DNA from: Mobula birostris
Lineage: Eukaryota
Assembly: GCF_030028105.1 (NCBI RefSeq)
Contig: NC_092401.1
Span: 26,712,399 to 26,776,398 of the forward strand
Direction: 5' to 3'
DNA: 64,000 nt
In this document: piece after piece, positions 13,600 to 26,820 of the stretch
Position numbering within the stretch: the stretch's first letter is position 1
How the letters are laid out: the number at the start of each line of letters is the position of its first letter
The notes under the pieces: generated by a model
What the model was told of the DNA's origin: nothing
Database searches by the model: none
The model's input: the letters and a program-made list of their open reading frames with translations, nothing else
Translations under genes and position numbers: made by a program

Positions 13600-13742
13600 T
13601 TGAATGTTCAGTCGATAAGACATTAGTTCAAAATCGCCGTCCGGTGGGACGAAGGAGATTGTTCGGTCATTTTCAAAGCGAGAGAGCCTCACACATTGAT
13701 GAAACTTCACATCCTCCAGTTCCACCGATTTATTTTTGCCTC
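13600..13742 (-). CDS. AP1M2: AP1M2 exon 7 ([47 protein letters not shown])
   Basis: Acceptor TTTAG; donor GTGAGT; 143 nt. Confidence 0.96.
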
Positions 13743-14559
13743 CTAAATTAAAGCAAATCTGAGATTATTATTGTACTTTTCACAAGATGTCCCAGAACGA
13801 CTTGGGGCAAATCAGATTCTTTCAAAGTGTAGAACAAAACAACCAATTTGTATAGAGTGGGAAATACAATGGAGAGTACAGCAAGCTTTAGAATCAATTA
13901 TTATCATCAGCTCAATGTTCCTTTGATTATGTTAACCGAAGGATGAATATTAAGTTTGATGTCTCTGAGCCTGTAGGATGGTGGTGGGGATCTCCTGGAA
14001 GCTTACTGGATACTGGAAGGCCTGGATAGACTGGACATGCAGAGAACATTACCATCTGCAGGAGCACCTAGGACTAGAGGGCACAGCCGCAGAATACAGA
14101 GAACTGAGACCAGGAGGAATTCCTTCAGCCAGTTGGTGGAAACTCTGTGAAATCTGTTGGAGGCCAAGTCATTGGATGTACTTCAGGCAAAGATTGAGAG
14201 GTTCTTGATTGGTAAGGGGAGGGTTAAAGGTTACGGAGGAAAAAAGGTGGGCACTCAGCTGCTGAGATCAGAGTGTATTTGTGGCTCCCCTATCCCACAG
14301 TTAGTACCAATGCACCTTTGCCTTGAGTGAGAGCCACTGGTCAGAGCCAGGCCCAGCAAAGTGCGGGTTTCTGGCTTACTCTCACAATCCAAGCACGTAC
14401 AGGTTAGGATCAGTAAATTGTCTGCTTGTTATGTTGGCGTTGGAACTATGGCAACACTTGCAGCTGCCCACCACTATCCTTGCTGATTTAATTTAATTTG
14501 ATGCAAATGACACATTTCACTGTACATCCTAATGTACGTGTGACAAATAAAGCTAATCT

Positions 14560-15152
14560 TGCCTGGGGGTGTATCCGATGACAGGCTCCAACACAGGAAG
14601 GACCAGAGTCGCCTCTACTTCCCGAGGAGACTGAAGTCCTCTGGAGTACACAAGTCTCTCCTTCACGTGTTCTCCCAGTACCATCTTCTATGTGGTGGTG
14701 TGCTGGGGTATTGGCATCAACACGGGCGATGCCAACAGGCTCAATAAACTGATTAGAAAGGCTGGCTCTGTTTTAGCAGTTGACCTGAACAAACACTGGA
14801 AGCTGTGATAGAACAAGGGACCCTGTGGAAAATCCTGGCAATTCGGGACAATGCTTCCCACCCTCCGCATGCCACCTTGGCTGAACAGAGGAGCACTTTT
14901 AGTAACGGACTAAGACAACTGTGCTGCTCCGAAGAGCGCTATATGAGGTCACTCTTACCCTTGGCCACTAGGTTCTATAATGAGTCAACCTATAGCAGGG
15001 GAAGTGATGACCCCCCCCCCACCCCCGTTAGACTGTTTGGGCTAGCTTATTTTTTATTCTTTCTTACTTCTACTCTAATATTTGTATATCTGTGAACTTA
15101 TAATGCTACTGTGACACTGTAATTTCCTTTGGGATCAATAAAGTATCTATCT
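14560..15152 (+). mobile_element. Rex1/Babar-type LINE 3' fragment
   Basis: QSRLYFPRRLKS...HPPH...; 3' end GGGATCAATAAAGTATCTATCT is related to the element at 40520-41258. Confidence 0.8.
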
Positions 15153-15828
15153 GCTTGGTACATGTGGCAATAATAAACAAGTACTAAGGGGAGACCTAAT
15201 ACAGGTCTACAAACTTACAAGGGGCACAGATAGACAGCCAGTTTCTTTTTTCCCCAGGGTAGAAATGTTTAATACCACAGGGCAAGCATTTAAGGTGAGA
15301 GGGAGTAAAACGTATGGGGCAAGATTTTGTTTAAGTTGGGTGTCTGGAATAAATTACGAAGGATGCTGGTGGAGGTAGATACAATAGTAGCATTTAAGAG
15401 GCTCTTAAATAGGCACCTGAATAAGCAGAGAATGGAGGGATAAGGACATTGTGTTTGTAGATGGGATTAATGTAGTTTGGTATTTAATTACTAGTTTAGT
15501 AAGTTTGGCACAGTATCTCGGGCCAAAGGTCTGTTCCTGTGCTGTACTGTTCTAAGTTCCATTAACAATGTCACCACAACTGAAACTCAGTCCATGAGTA
15601 TAAAAAGTTTTCAGTGATGTTTGCAAAAATCTACTTTAGGTAATAGACCATAAACAATTATTTTTGAGACCCATTTTGATTTTGAATATTTCAAATATAT
15701 CATTCGTGAAACGGTTGTTTCTGATGCTGACTATTAATGTGTTGAAGTAGGAAAAACAATGGACAATTCAGCTTAGCAAGCACTCAGCCCTGACAACGTC
15801 GGTGTCTGGAAACTGCTGTACTACTCAC

Positions 15829-15955
15829 GCCCAGTTAGTTCGAAGAGGACCTTGTCGTTCAGGCCCAGCCGGAGTTCTGGCATTCCCGAGAGGAAGACCC
15901 TCAGTTTCACGCTGCCGACTATCTCGCTCTGTAGAACATTCCCGTTCGCACTGAC
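15829..15955 (-). CDS. AP1M2: AP1M2 exon 6 (VSANGNVLQSEIVGSVKLRVFLSGMPELRLGLNDKVLFELTG)
   Basis: Acceptor GACAG; donor GTGAGT; 127 nt. Confidence 0.96.
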
Positions 15956-18724
15956 CTGTCCAAGAACAAGGAGCAATGAACTGAACCCACGGGGGACTAT
16001 CGCCAGGACAGACGAAATGACTAGAACAGAGAATGTACAGTGCAGGAAAAAGGACTTTGGCCTACCATGTTGTCCTGAACTAATTAGGCTAATGATGGCC
16101 AATTACATTCATCATTTCTCCCTACACAATGTCCATGTCTTCCATTCCCCGCACATTCATGTACCCAAGAGTCTCTTAAACACCTCTGTCGAATCTGCCT
16201 CCACCACCACCCCTGATAGTGCATTGTAGACACACCCCACTGTCTGTGTAAAAAAAAAAAACACATCTCCTTTAAACTTTCCTCCTCTCGCTTGAGAGCT
16301 ATGCCCTCTACAATTCAAAATCTCTACCCAGGGAGAAAGATACCAGGTGACTATTTTCTCTATGCCTCCTGCAGTTTAATAAACCTCTGTCAGATCTTCC
16401 CTTAGCCCCTGCTCCTCCAGAGAAAACAATCCAATTTGCCTGACCTCTCCTTTTAGCATCTGACCTCTAATCCAGGCAGCAATCTGCTGAACACCTTCTG
16501 CCTCCTCTCCAAAGTATCCACATCCTTCCTTAACGAGGCAATTGGAACTGAACGCAATACTCCAAATGCAACCTCATCAGAGTTTTATGAAGTTGTAACA
16601 TAACTTCCTGAGTCTTGAGCTTAGGGCCTTGACTAATAAAGATGAGGATGCTATACAACTTCCTTAACACCCTCTTGATTTACGTGGGTGGCCACTTTCA
16701 TGGGAATTGGAACGCAAGATCCCTCTTCACATCAACAATAAGATCAAAACCAGTTCACTCACTCTTTGCCTAGGTACCCGCTGCTACAGGCCTCTGGGAT
16801 TGTCACCTACACCTGGCATTCTCTCTCCATTTCTTCAAGAGCATCTCCCAAAATCTCAATCTCTGCCACCCCAGTGGAAAAGGACACCACTATTCGAACC
16901 ACTGGCACCTGCAGGTTCCCCACCAGACTCAGCATCTTACATTAAAACTTCTACAGCATCAGTGGCCGGAGTTCTGGCCTACAAACGGTGGGCGTGCCTT
17001 CCACGAAGGACAGCTGTGGTTCAAGGTAACCCATTAACCCATCTTCCAAAGGGCAATTCAGGATGATCAATAAATACTGGTCCTGCCTCCGATACCCAGA
17101 TCACATTTGATGCCCTCTGTTTATCTGCGAGCAGTACGACATGGTGGGCAAGCTGCTGCCCACGCGGGCTCCCTCTCTCCACACAGGGGAGCTCACGTGG
17201 GCAGCAGAATCCAAAGGAAAGGCAGAGACTGATACAGGTTGGCAGCAGCGGCGTTACAGGAGTTGCCCGTCACGTTGAACGCAACATAGGGCTGCTTTAG
17301 GGACTTCAGCTCCAGATTTCCCCCCTCGGGGTTTACTCCCAAAGACTTCCCCATGAGTGGCTATACAGTAATTGCATGGCAGCGATGTTTGAGATCAGAT
17401 TCACCTGGAAATCAGAATCAGGTTTATGATCTCTGTCTTGTATGATGTAAAAATTGTTGTTTTGCAGCAGCAGTATAGTCCAAACATAAAATAATACAAG
17501 ATAGTGCAAAAATTAGCTTAGGAGGATTAATGGTGCCTAACAGCAACTCCTTTGCTTGCTTCTTCAGAAACAGCTCGATTTCCATCTTTAATATCTCTAT
17601 TTTTCCCCTTCAGGGTTCTTTTGAAGACCCTGACATGGAGAAACATGCTGACTACGGTTCTTTGTGGGAAGGGGTCCAGCTCTCAGGGTTTCACAACTGG
17701 CCGTTATTCAGCACGCCAAGGGCTTGGCCTAAGAGCTCAGCTCGCCTTTGAAGGTTCGAGATCTCATGGCTCTGGAGACGGGCGGATCGATGGTCGGTTT
17801 CAGGGCAGATTGGTGTCTCGTGGGAGATGGAAGGTCTAAGGCTGTATGCCCAGAGACCTGAGATCTTTGGGCTCAGAGCTCGGAAAAAGTGACGCAATGG
17901 ACTTTTAACATCGTAAACCAGTGAGTTGTTTGTTATGTCTCCCCTCTTGCTGTGAAACGGAGACACCTTTTTCTCTTTCATTAGGGAGAGAGAGAGCCTG
18001 TGGTAAGTTGAATACCAGGAGAACAAGTAGTCTTTGAAGTACTGCAAGTGTGTGTCCTTGCTGTTGCTTTGCTCACCCTTGGGTGCTCAGTGGTGGGTGT
18101 CAATGCCTTTTTTTTTGTCGGTGGGGGGGAGGGATTGTTGCTTGCTGCTGCTTATCTGTGGGAGGGAGGGCAGCTGGAGCGGACTTTGGGGTTCTAACAT
18201 TTAACTGTCATTCATTCTTTGGAGCACTCTTCTGTTTTTGTGGATGTTTGCGAAGAAAAAGGATGTATTATTGTATACATTTCTCTGACATTAAATTGTA
18301 TCTTTGAAACCTTTGAAAAATAAAAGGAACAACAAGGTACTATTCGTAGACTGTTCAGAAATATGATGGCGGAGGGGAAGCTGTTCCTGAAATGTTGAAT
18401 TGGGTCTTCAGGCTCCTGTACCTCCTTCCTGACAGTAGTAACGAGAAGAGGGTATGTCCCAAATGGTTAGGATCCTTAATGAGGATACCACCTTCTTGAG
18501 GTACCTCTCCCATGCTGTTCCTTCTCTCTTCTACCCTCTCCCATCAGGCAGGGGATACAAAAGTTCAAGAACATACCATCAGGCTCAAGAACAACTTCTA
18601 TCCCACTGCTAAAAGATGCTTGAATGGACCTCTTGTATGTTATTTGTCTGTTCTGCGCTTCCAACTTTAACTGTAACACTATAATCTGGATTCTGTTACT
18701 GTTTTCTTTTTGTACTCCCTCAAT

Positions 18725-19310
18725 ATTTGAGGACCGCCATTGTTCAGGGTCACCCATGGGTGTTGCATCTCAGCTGTCTACATAATATGCAAGGCAGTAC
18801 ACAAGCCGGGGCAGTACGATATGGAGACCAAGCTGTTGCCCGTGCAGCAGGCTCCCCCTCTCCAAGCAGCTGATGAATCCAAAGAAACGATACAGACCAA
18901 TACAGTATGACACCAGTGGTATTGTAGGAGTTATCAATCAGTGATGAACACAACGTAGGCCTTCGGCACTGCAGCTCCAGATTTTTTCTCAGGGTTTATT
19001 CCCGAAGCCTTCCTCAAGAGTGAGTATACAGTAGCTGCAAGGCAGCAGAGGTTTGAGATCAGAGTTTTCCCTCTCCGAGATGAGCTGACAAAACCCATTT
19101 GCTTGAAGCAACTGGTTTTAAGGTGTCACTAGCCCACCTTTGCCCCTTCTCCTGTCAGTAGAAATGGTTCCGCTGGACTCAGTAGGTAACCCACGCGTGA
19201 AGGCCAGGAGCTGGATTTGGTTGTCAAAGGCTATTTGAGATGTGCACTATGGGGAGCAATTAATGTTTATTCCCACAACAACCCCCTGGCTATAACAACC
19301 TTAAAGAACC
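18725..19310 (-). mobile_element. RTE-like non-autonomous element (related fragments at about 17130-17400 and 29600-29770)
   Basis: Multi-copy family within the window; structured 5' end on the minus strand. Confidence 0.45.
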
Positions 19311-19880
19311 TCCCTCAGTGTACGTATGTATGAAGTAATCTGTCTTGATGGCACACAAAGCTATTCACTGTGGCAAAAATAAACCAATTATCAATTTTCA
19401 CAAATGTTCCTACAGTATAAGAGTCCATCAGGCCCCTGTGATCTCCTAGAAGAACTATCCTGTCTGGTTGCATCACCACCCTGGTGTGGAGGGGCCAATG
19501 CACAGGATCAGAAAAAGCTGCAGAGGGTTGTAAACCCAAACAGTTCCATCATGGGCACTGGTCTCTCCACCAGAGGATAACTTCAATACGCAATGCCTCA
19601 AGATGGTGGCATCCACCATGAAGGACCTTTGCCATCGATACCTTCTTCTCATTGCTACCATCAGGGGGAGATATAGGAATCTGAAGATGCACACTGATGA
19701 ACAGGTTCTTCCCCTTTGCCATCAGATTTCTGAACAGCCCATGAAAATTACTTCATTATTTTGCTCTCTTTTTGCACGATTTATTGTATATATTTATTTA
19801 TATACAGCGTGGTCTTATTGTCATTTATAGTCTTTCTTTCGCTGTAATGCTGCTTGCAAAACAACAAGTTCCATGACATA

Positions 19881-20708
19881 CACTCAGTGGCCACTTTATT
19901 TTAAAAAGATTTTAATTTTAAGGAATTGAAAAGAAGAGGGCCGGGCTGGTGGTCAGCTCGCTGTCCCGCCAAGTTTACTCATCTCTGTGCTGACCTGAGA
20001 CTGTGGCCTGCAACTAACGGGCTCCTAGATTGGCTTCATGGCTGTAGACTGACCTACAGGAACTTCAGTTCTGAATGTGATTTGCTTACTTTTATTGTTT
20101 GCACGACTTGTTTTCTTTTCTGCACATTGGGTGTTTTGACAGTCACTTTTTTAAAATGGGTTCTATTGGGTTTCTTTGTTTTGTGGCTGCCTGCAAGGAG
20201 ACACATCTCAAGATTATATGTAGGAATCATACTTCAATAATAAATGTACTTTGAACTTTGATTAAGTACATCTGCTTATTAATGCAAATATCTAATCAGC
20301 CAATCACATTGCAGCAGCTCACTGCATAAAAGCATGCAGACATGGTCAAGAGATTCAGTTCTTGTTCAGACCAAACTTCAGAATGGGGAGGAAATGTGAT
20401 CCAAGTGACTTTGACAATGGAATGATGGTTGACGCTGGACAATGGCTGTTGTTGAGTATCTCAGAAACTGCTGACCTCCTGGGATTTTCACGCACAGCAG
20501 TCTCTAGAGTTTACAGAGAATAGTACGAGTGGTTAAAGGAGAATGGCCAGACTGGTTCAAGCTGACAGGAAAGCGACAGGAGCCCAAATAATTGCACGCT
20601 ACAACAGTAGAGTGCAGAAGAGCATCTCTGAACGCACGTGTTGAAGTGGATGAGCTACAGCAGCAGAAGACCATGAACAGGAGGTACCTAATAAAGTGCC
20701 ACTGAGTG
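19881..20708 (+). mobile_element. Tc1-like non-autonomous DNA transposon, interrupted by a later insertion (about 19901-20260)
   Basis: TIRs CACTCAGTGGCCACTTTATT and AATAAAGTGCCACTGAGTG; HTH remnants SISETADLLGFSRTAVSRVYRE and RMARLVQADRKAT. Confidence 0.85.
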
Positions 20709-20921
20709 ATAATAAACCCAATTCTGATTCCGTCACTCCTATTCTCCAAGTTCTGCAAGTTATCCTCTGTCGATGTACCTATGACCTTGTTAGAGCCAAT
20801 ATGGACCTGAGGTCCTACTGATTTTAACAGAAACCACGCCCCAACCTTGATCTGAAGGATAGTGTGGACCCGAGAATGATTGGTGTACCACTAGGCAGAG
20901 ATCTCAAAGCTCTACACTCAC

Positions 20922-21069
20922 CAACACGTTGACACCTTCGATGACATCAATGAAGACCTCGTTCTTCTTGTACTTGATGCCTTCTGATCTCCAGGACACA
21001 GCATTGGTGACGGTGGCCGGTGGCCGTGGGGCAGCCAGTTCCAGTTTTTGGCTCTGCTGAGTGATGTAC
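20922..21069 (-). CDS. AP1M2: AP1M2 exon 5 (YITQQSQKLELAAPRPPATVTNAVSWRSEGIKYKKNEVFIDVIEGVNVL)
   Basis: Acceptor GACAG; donor GTGAGT; 148 nt; contains the mu-chain signature sequence. Confidence 0.96.
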
Positions 21070-21929
21070 CTGTCCAGGGAACAGGGAGTGCTCAGGCCTG
21101 GCTCGTGCTCGGTCAGAACAAAACCCAGGAAGCAGAGGGCAGCACCTCAGTCAGAGGCAGGCTCGTCATGAGTTCAAAGCAGGTACCTCATCGGTCTCCA
21201 TGGGCATATGCCTTTGCCTCCCCCTCCAACATCTAAAACTCACCTCTTTCTTGCCATACATTCCCACAAAACCCTGCCTCTCTCACTCCCCCCCATGTAC
21301 CCTCCCAATATCCTCCTTCCTTCTTCCCACACACCTCAAAAACCCACTCATTCTTCCTACATTCCTCAGAAATTCACCCTCACCCCAAACGGTTCTACAG
21401 AGCGATGACGAGCACTCTGGACTCTGAATCCAGTGGTCAGAGTTCATATCTCGGTGCAACCTGTTTGGGCTCCATAGTAACGGAGCGGTTAGCTCACACT
21501 ATTATACCTCGGGGTGTCAGAGTTCAGAGTTCAATCTCGACATCCTCTGTAAAGAGCTTGTAGGCCCTCCCTGTGGAATGCATGGGGTTTCTCCCACAGT
21601 CCTAAGATGTTTAGTAGTTTAATTGGTCGTTGTAAATTGTCCTGTGATTAGGCTCGGGTTAGACTGGGGGATGGTGGGCAGTGTGGCTTGAAGGGCTGGA
21701 AGGGGCCTATTCCATGCTGTATCTGGGGCAATAAGTAAATAAATACCCCAGAAACACACACTCCCTCCCCACAATCTCCAGAAATCCTCTCCTCATCCCC
21801 ACACACCCCAGAAACCCACTTTCTCCCTCTCCCCACATACATTGGGAACCTACTCTCTCCCCCACGCACGCCCCAGAAACCTACTCTCTCGCTCTCTCCA
21901 CACACCTCATAAACCCACTCTTTCCTCCG

Positions 21930-22360
21930 GTTCAGGGTACTTGGAGGCACATGATAAAATAGGCCAGTCATCGTGGTTTCCTTCAGGGCAAATCTTGCCT
22001 AACAAATCTGTTGGAATTCTTTGAGGAAATAACAGGCAGGATAGACAAAGGAAAGGCAATGGATGTTGTTTCCTTGTGTTCTCAGAAGGCCATTGACAAG
22101 ATGCTGCACATGAGGTATCGAAACAAGATAAGAGCCCATGGTATTGCAGGAAAGATACTAGCACGGATGGAAGATTGGCTGGCTGGCAGGAGGCAAAAAG
22201 TGGGCAAAAAGGGGGCCTTTTCTGGTTCGCTGCCAGTGATTCGTGGTGTTCTGCAAGGGTCTGTGTTGGGACTGCTTCTTTTCACATCATATGTCAATGA
22301 CTGAATTGATGGCTTTGTGGCCAAGTTTACAGATGGCACAAAGATTGGTGGAGGGGGAGC
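21930..22360 (+). mobile_element. CR1-type LINE reverse transcriptase fragment
   Basis: EFFEEITGRIDKGKAMDVV...KAIDK...GVLQGSVLG...YVND. Confidence 0.85.
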
Positions 22361-22820
22361 TGGGAGTGGGATTTAGTTCAGAAAGAGAAAATACAAGACA
22401 TTTTGATATTCCGTTCACAGCGTAACGACACTTGGAGAATATCCTTTGCTCCTTGCAACCTATTGCACACGATACACGAATTATAAGACAATAAGACACA
22501 GGAGCAGAATTAAGCCATTTAGCCAATTGGGTCTGCTTCACCATTCCATCATGGTTGAATTATAACCCCTCTCAGTTCCATTCTCCTTCCTTCTCCCCAT
22601 AACCTTTCACACCCTTACTAATCAAGAACCTATCAACCTCAACTTGAAATATACCCAATGACTTAGCCTCCACAGTCACCTGCAGCAATAAATTAGATTC
22701 TGGAATAGGCATCCATTAGTCTAGTGAGACTATGGACTGCAGAGCAATGTGTGGTTAAGTGCCTTGCTCAAGCATACAACACGCTGCCTCAGCCAAGGCT
22801 CTACATGCCCCTTCCCTCTT

Positions 22821-22858
22821 CAGTCCTGACGAAGGGTTCTGGCCCGAAACATTGACTG
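22821..22858 (+). ncRNA. Minimal type I hammerhead ribozyme motif (Penelope-associated), core intact
   Basis: CAGTC CTGACGA A GGG TTCTGG CCC GAAAC ATT GACTG: stem I CAGTC/GACTG, CUGANGA, stem II, GAAA and an NUH triplet. Confidence 0.75.
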
Positions 22859-22949
22859 ATCGTTTCCATGGATGCTGCCCGACCTGCTGAGTTCCTCCAG
22901 CGTGTTGTGAGTGTTGCTTTGACCCCAGCATCTGCAGAGTATTTTGTGT

Positions 22950-23580
22950 TTACAGTGGGACACCGATAGGATGCAAAACTTGGCTGAGAAGTGGCAGATG
23001 GAGTTCAACCCAAATAAGTGTGAGGTGGTTCATTTTGGTAGGTCAAATATGATGGCAGAATATAGTATTAATGGTAAGACTCTAGGCAGTGTGGAGGATC
23101 AGAGGGATCTTGGGGCCGAGTCCACAGGACGCTCAAAGCTGCTGTGCAGGTTGACTCTGTGGTTAGGAAAGCATAGGGTGCACTGGCCTTCATCAACTGT
23201 GAAACTGAGCTCAAGAGCCGAGAGGTAACGTTACAGCTATACAGGACCCTGGTCAGACCCCACTTGGAGTGCTGTGCTCAGTTCTGGTCACCTCTCTACA
23301 GGAAGGATGTGGAAACCATAGAAAGGGTGCAGAGGAGATTTACAAGGATGTTGTCTGGATAGGGGAGAATGTCTTATGAGAATAGGTTGAGTGAACTCAG
23401 CCTTTTCTCCTTGGAGCGATGGAGATGAGAGGTGACCTGATAGAGGTGTATAAGATGATGAGAGGCATTGAATGTGTGGATAGTCAGAGGCTTTTTCCCA
23501 GGGCTGAATTGGCTTGTGTGAGAGGGCACAGTTTTAAGGTGCTTGGAATTAGGTACAGAGGAGTCATCAGGGTTTAGTTT
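22950..23580 (+). mobile_element. CR1-type LINE ORF2 C-terminal fragment
   Basis: WQMEFNPNKCEVVHFG...QRDLG...LVRPHLE...QFWSP...RGDLIEVYK. Confidence 0.88.
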
Positions 23581-23917
23581 TTTGAACTGACATGTGGCCC
23601 AGTGTCCAACTTCTCCACCTCTGGTGTTTAATCAATGAGGGATCATGAGACCATAAGACATAGGGACAGAATTAGGCTATTTGGCCTATCAAATCTGTTC
23701 TGCCATTCAATCATGGTTGATCGTTTTTTTTCTCCCCTCCTCAGCCCAACTCCCCGTCCTTCTCCTTTTGATGTCGTGTCCACTCAAGAACCTATCAGTC
23801 TCAGTCTCAAGGCACCCAACAACCTGGCCTCTGCAGCTGCCTGTGGTAATAAATTCCACAAATTCACCACCCTCTGGCTAAGCTGGAGCTGGGGATGATG
23901 TGACTGCTGATACTCAC

Positions 23918-24048
23918 TCCTGTAGAATTTTACTTTCGGTGGTCTGGGGGAACCCAAAGTCCATCACTTCGTCCAGGAGCTCATAGATGATCACAAAGTT
24001 GTCCCGGATACTCTCCTCCTCCAGCTCCTTGAAGTATTCTGTGAAGAC
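23918..24048 (-). CDS. AP1M2: AP1M2 exon 4 (VFTEYFKELEEESIRDNFVIIYELLDEVMDFGFPQTTESKILQE)
   Basis: Acceptor CCCCAG; donor GTGAGT; 131 nt. Confidence 0.96.
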
Positions 24049-26117
24049 CTGGGGAGGAAGCAAGGTGTGAGATTCCAGGGGAACACCAATTTCTGAAAGT
24101 GACGTTGAACTACCAGAATCAGAATTATTATTACTGACATGCGGTACTGAGTAAAAACCTTAGGCACCTATATAAAGCTATAGCTAGCCTAAGGCATGTA
24201 CACAGTGCTATAGTAATTTTATGTATTGCACTATACTGCTGTCACAAAAAATAAAACAAATTCCATGACATGTGTGAGTGATGATAAACCTGATTCTGAT
24301 GTGGGTCTTTGTTGTGGATTGAGAGTGGGAAGGGAGCAGGGAGAAGGGAATCATGGTTGGGAAAGGTGGGAGTGAGAGGAGAGGGAGCAGGTAGTGCCAA
24401 AGAGACATTCTGAGATGATCAATAAACCAATTGTTTGGAATTAAGTAACCTTGCCTGGTGTCTCAAGGCTGGGTGTGTCTGCACCTGAGTGACCCCCGCC
24501 CCTGGAACTCCTCTGCCATCTGTCCCACACCCCTCCCACTGTGCCGCACCCTCGCCATTCCCTACATCCTTTGCTCCTGCCAGATTTACAAACTCGCCCT
24601 CCACTCCACGTTGACAAATACAGTCCTGTGTAAAAGTCTTAGCTATAGATATGTGCGTAAGACTTTTGCACAGGACTGTATAACATGAAAGCTGTTGACA
24701 TTATAATGAAACATAAAAATTACCATAAATTACAGTAAAAGTATTAAAAAATATGTAGTGTAAAGAGAGAGCAAAAGGAAACACTACCTCTTGCACTACC
24801 ATTGTCTCATCTATGATTGTGTTCCTTTGCACTAATGTCTTGGGCAGTTTTTTTTCTTCTCACTGTTCTGCACAATTTATATTCTGTGTGTTGTCTGAAC
24901 CTGCGCCTGTGAAGTTGCTACAAGCAAGTTTTTCATTGCACATGACAATGACCTTGACTACTACTGTGACAGTAATGACAATGGCCACTCATGATGGTCA
25001 GCCTCTCTGATTAACTCATCCACCATCTCATGAGTGTATGATGTGGAGAGTACACGACTGAAGTCATACCAATATTTACAATTTAGGGCATCTAGATCTG
25101 GACTTGCCTACCCAACCCAAGACCAGGGGAGCCCAGTCTGTGTGTTGGATGGGATTGAAAACCAATTACAGGTCCTCAGACCAGATTGGCGTTTTGTAAA
25201 TTGTTAGAGGTGCCCAACTGAGTTGTGTTTCATGTGTGTGCGCACCACAAGTCATGCAACGGGTCAGATCCCAGGTAGCTATGGTTGGGTTGAATAGGGC
25301 CTAAGCTGCCCACAACTGTTTGTGTCTATGACCATACGCAGGGTTTCAAAATGACCCCAAGCTAAGGTCTCCATCGAGTTTGTGGCTCTGACTTGGTTGA
25401 TTCTTTTTTTTTAATTTGTAAGAATGGATTTTAGGGACAGAGCGGGGAGTTAGAAATCAGGATACGGTTTAGGAACAGTGATGTGGGGAAGTTAGAGGTT
25501 GGATTACGGTCCAGGGACAGGGATGTGGAGGAGTTAGAGGTCAGACCTCCACATTAGAAATCCAGCAATGTGAATGGGTGATGTCAGGCTCTCCCAGCTC
25601 AGTGGGCCCTAGGACCAGATGCCCATGCAAGCAGGAGACATAAAGGCTGGTCAGTTGGTGAACTCGGAGTCTGAGCCTGGAGATCAGGGTCCCATCACTG
25701 CCCTGTCCAAGACCTGATACCAAAGATCAGAGCACCAAGTCCGAGTGTCGAAGGCCTGGAGACCGGAGGCTGAAGGCTTGTCCGTGTGTGTGGCGGGAGG
25801 GAGGAAAGGGGATTGTTGTTTGGTTTTGCTGTGTTCTGCTTTGATCTGGCGAGCACTATGGTGCCGGAATGTGTGCCAAGACTTGTGGGCTGCCCCCAGC
25901 GCACGCCCAGGTTGTGTAGGTCGTTAACACAAACAATGCATTTCACTGTATGTTTGATGTACATGTGATAAATAAATTTGAATCTGAATCTGTTCAGGAG
26001 GGACGGTGGCCCAGGTAGGGTCCGAGGGAGCTGCCTGCTTGTTAAAGGAGCAGACACAAAGCAAAAATTATCAACTGGAATCATCTAGTTAAACAGGAAC
26101 TGAATAGGAACTCTTAC

Positions 26118-26185
26118 CTGGATGATTTTATACAGGAACGCATACACGAGAGAGGCATTTGCATTTTTCTTTGTCATTGCAACCA
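26118..26185 (-). CDS. AP1M2: AP1M2 exon 3 (LVAMTKKNANASLVYAFLYKIIQ)
   Basis: Acceptor TTCAG preceded by a U12-like branch site TTCCTTTAAC; donor GTAAGA. Confidence 0.95.
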
Positions 26186-26429
26186 CTGAACTCCAGGTTA
26201 AAGGAAAATGACTCAACAGTTTTCAACTTATCACGTAAGTTCCCAAAGTGGCAAAACCGATGAAGTCAATTCCATCATTAACTCCTTGTCGACCTTCTTG
26301 CTTCTGCTGTTTGTTTGACTATCTTGGATCATCAATTTGAAAATCAGTTGAAATTGTTAACCTGTTTAATGCTCTCGAGTGAAACAGAGCCCGTGCTGAA
26401 ATGGTCACCATTACATAAAAGTAAAGCAG

Positions 26430-26820
26430 TGCAACACACAACTTGCCAGAGGAACTCAGCAGCATCAATGGAGATGAATAAACAGTCAACAGTTTGGGCT
26501 GAGACCCTTCATCAGGACTGGAAAGATGGGGAGGAGAAGCAGGTGGCATGTGATAGGTGAGACCAGGTGGAGGGGAAGCTGGGTGGGTAGGGGAGAGAGT
26601 AAAAGCAAGAAGCTGAGAGGTGATAGGTGGAAAAGGTAAAGGTCTGAAGGAGGAACTTGATAGGAGAGCGGAGTAGGCCATGGGAGAAAGGGGAGGAGGA
26701 GGAGCATCAGGGGGAGGTGATGGGCAGGTGAGAAGAGGAGAGCTAGAATGGAGAATGGGTAAAGGGAGGAGGGAGGGAGAGGAATTACTAATTGATGTTC
26801 ATGTTGCCTAGTTTGATATT
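26430..26820 (-). mobile_element. Penelope-like 3' fragment
   Basis: Same terminal sequence family; GA-rich UTR on the plus strand; ORF end ...MNI at about 26800. Confidence 0.65.
26483..26520 (-). ncRNA. Minimal hammerhead ribozyme motif, decayed GAAA
   Basis: Reverse complement: CAGTC CTGATGA A GGG TCTCAG CCC AAACT GTT GACTG. Confidence 0.6.
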
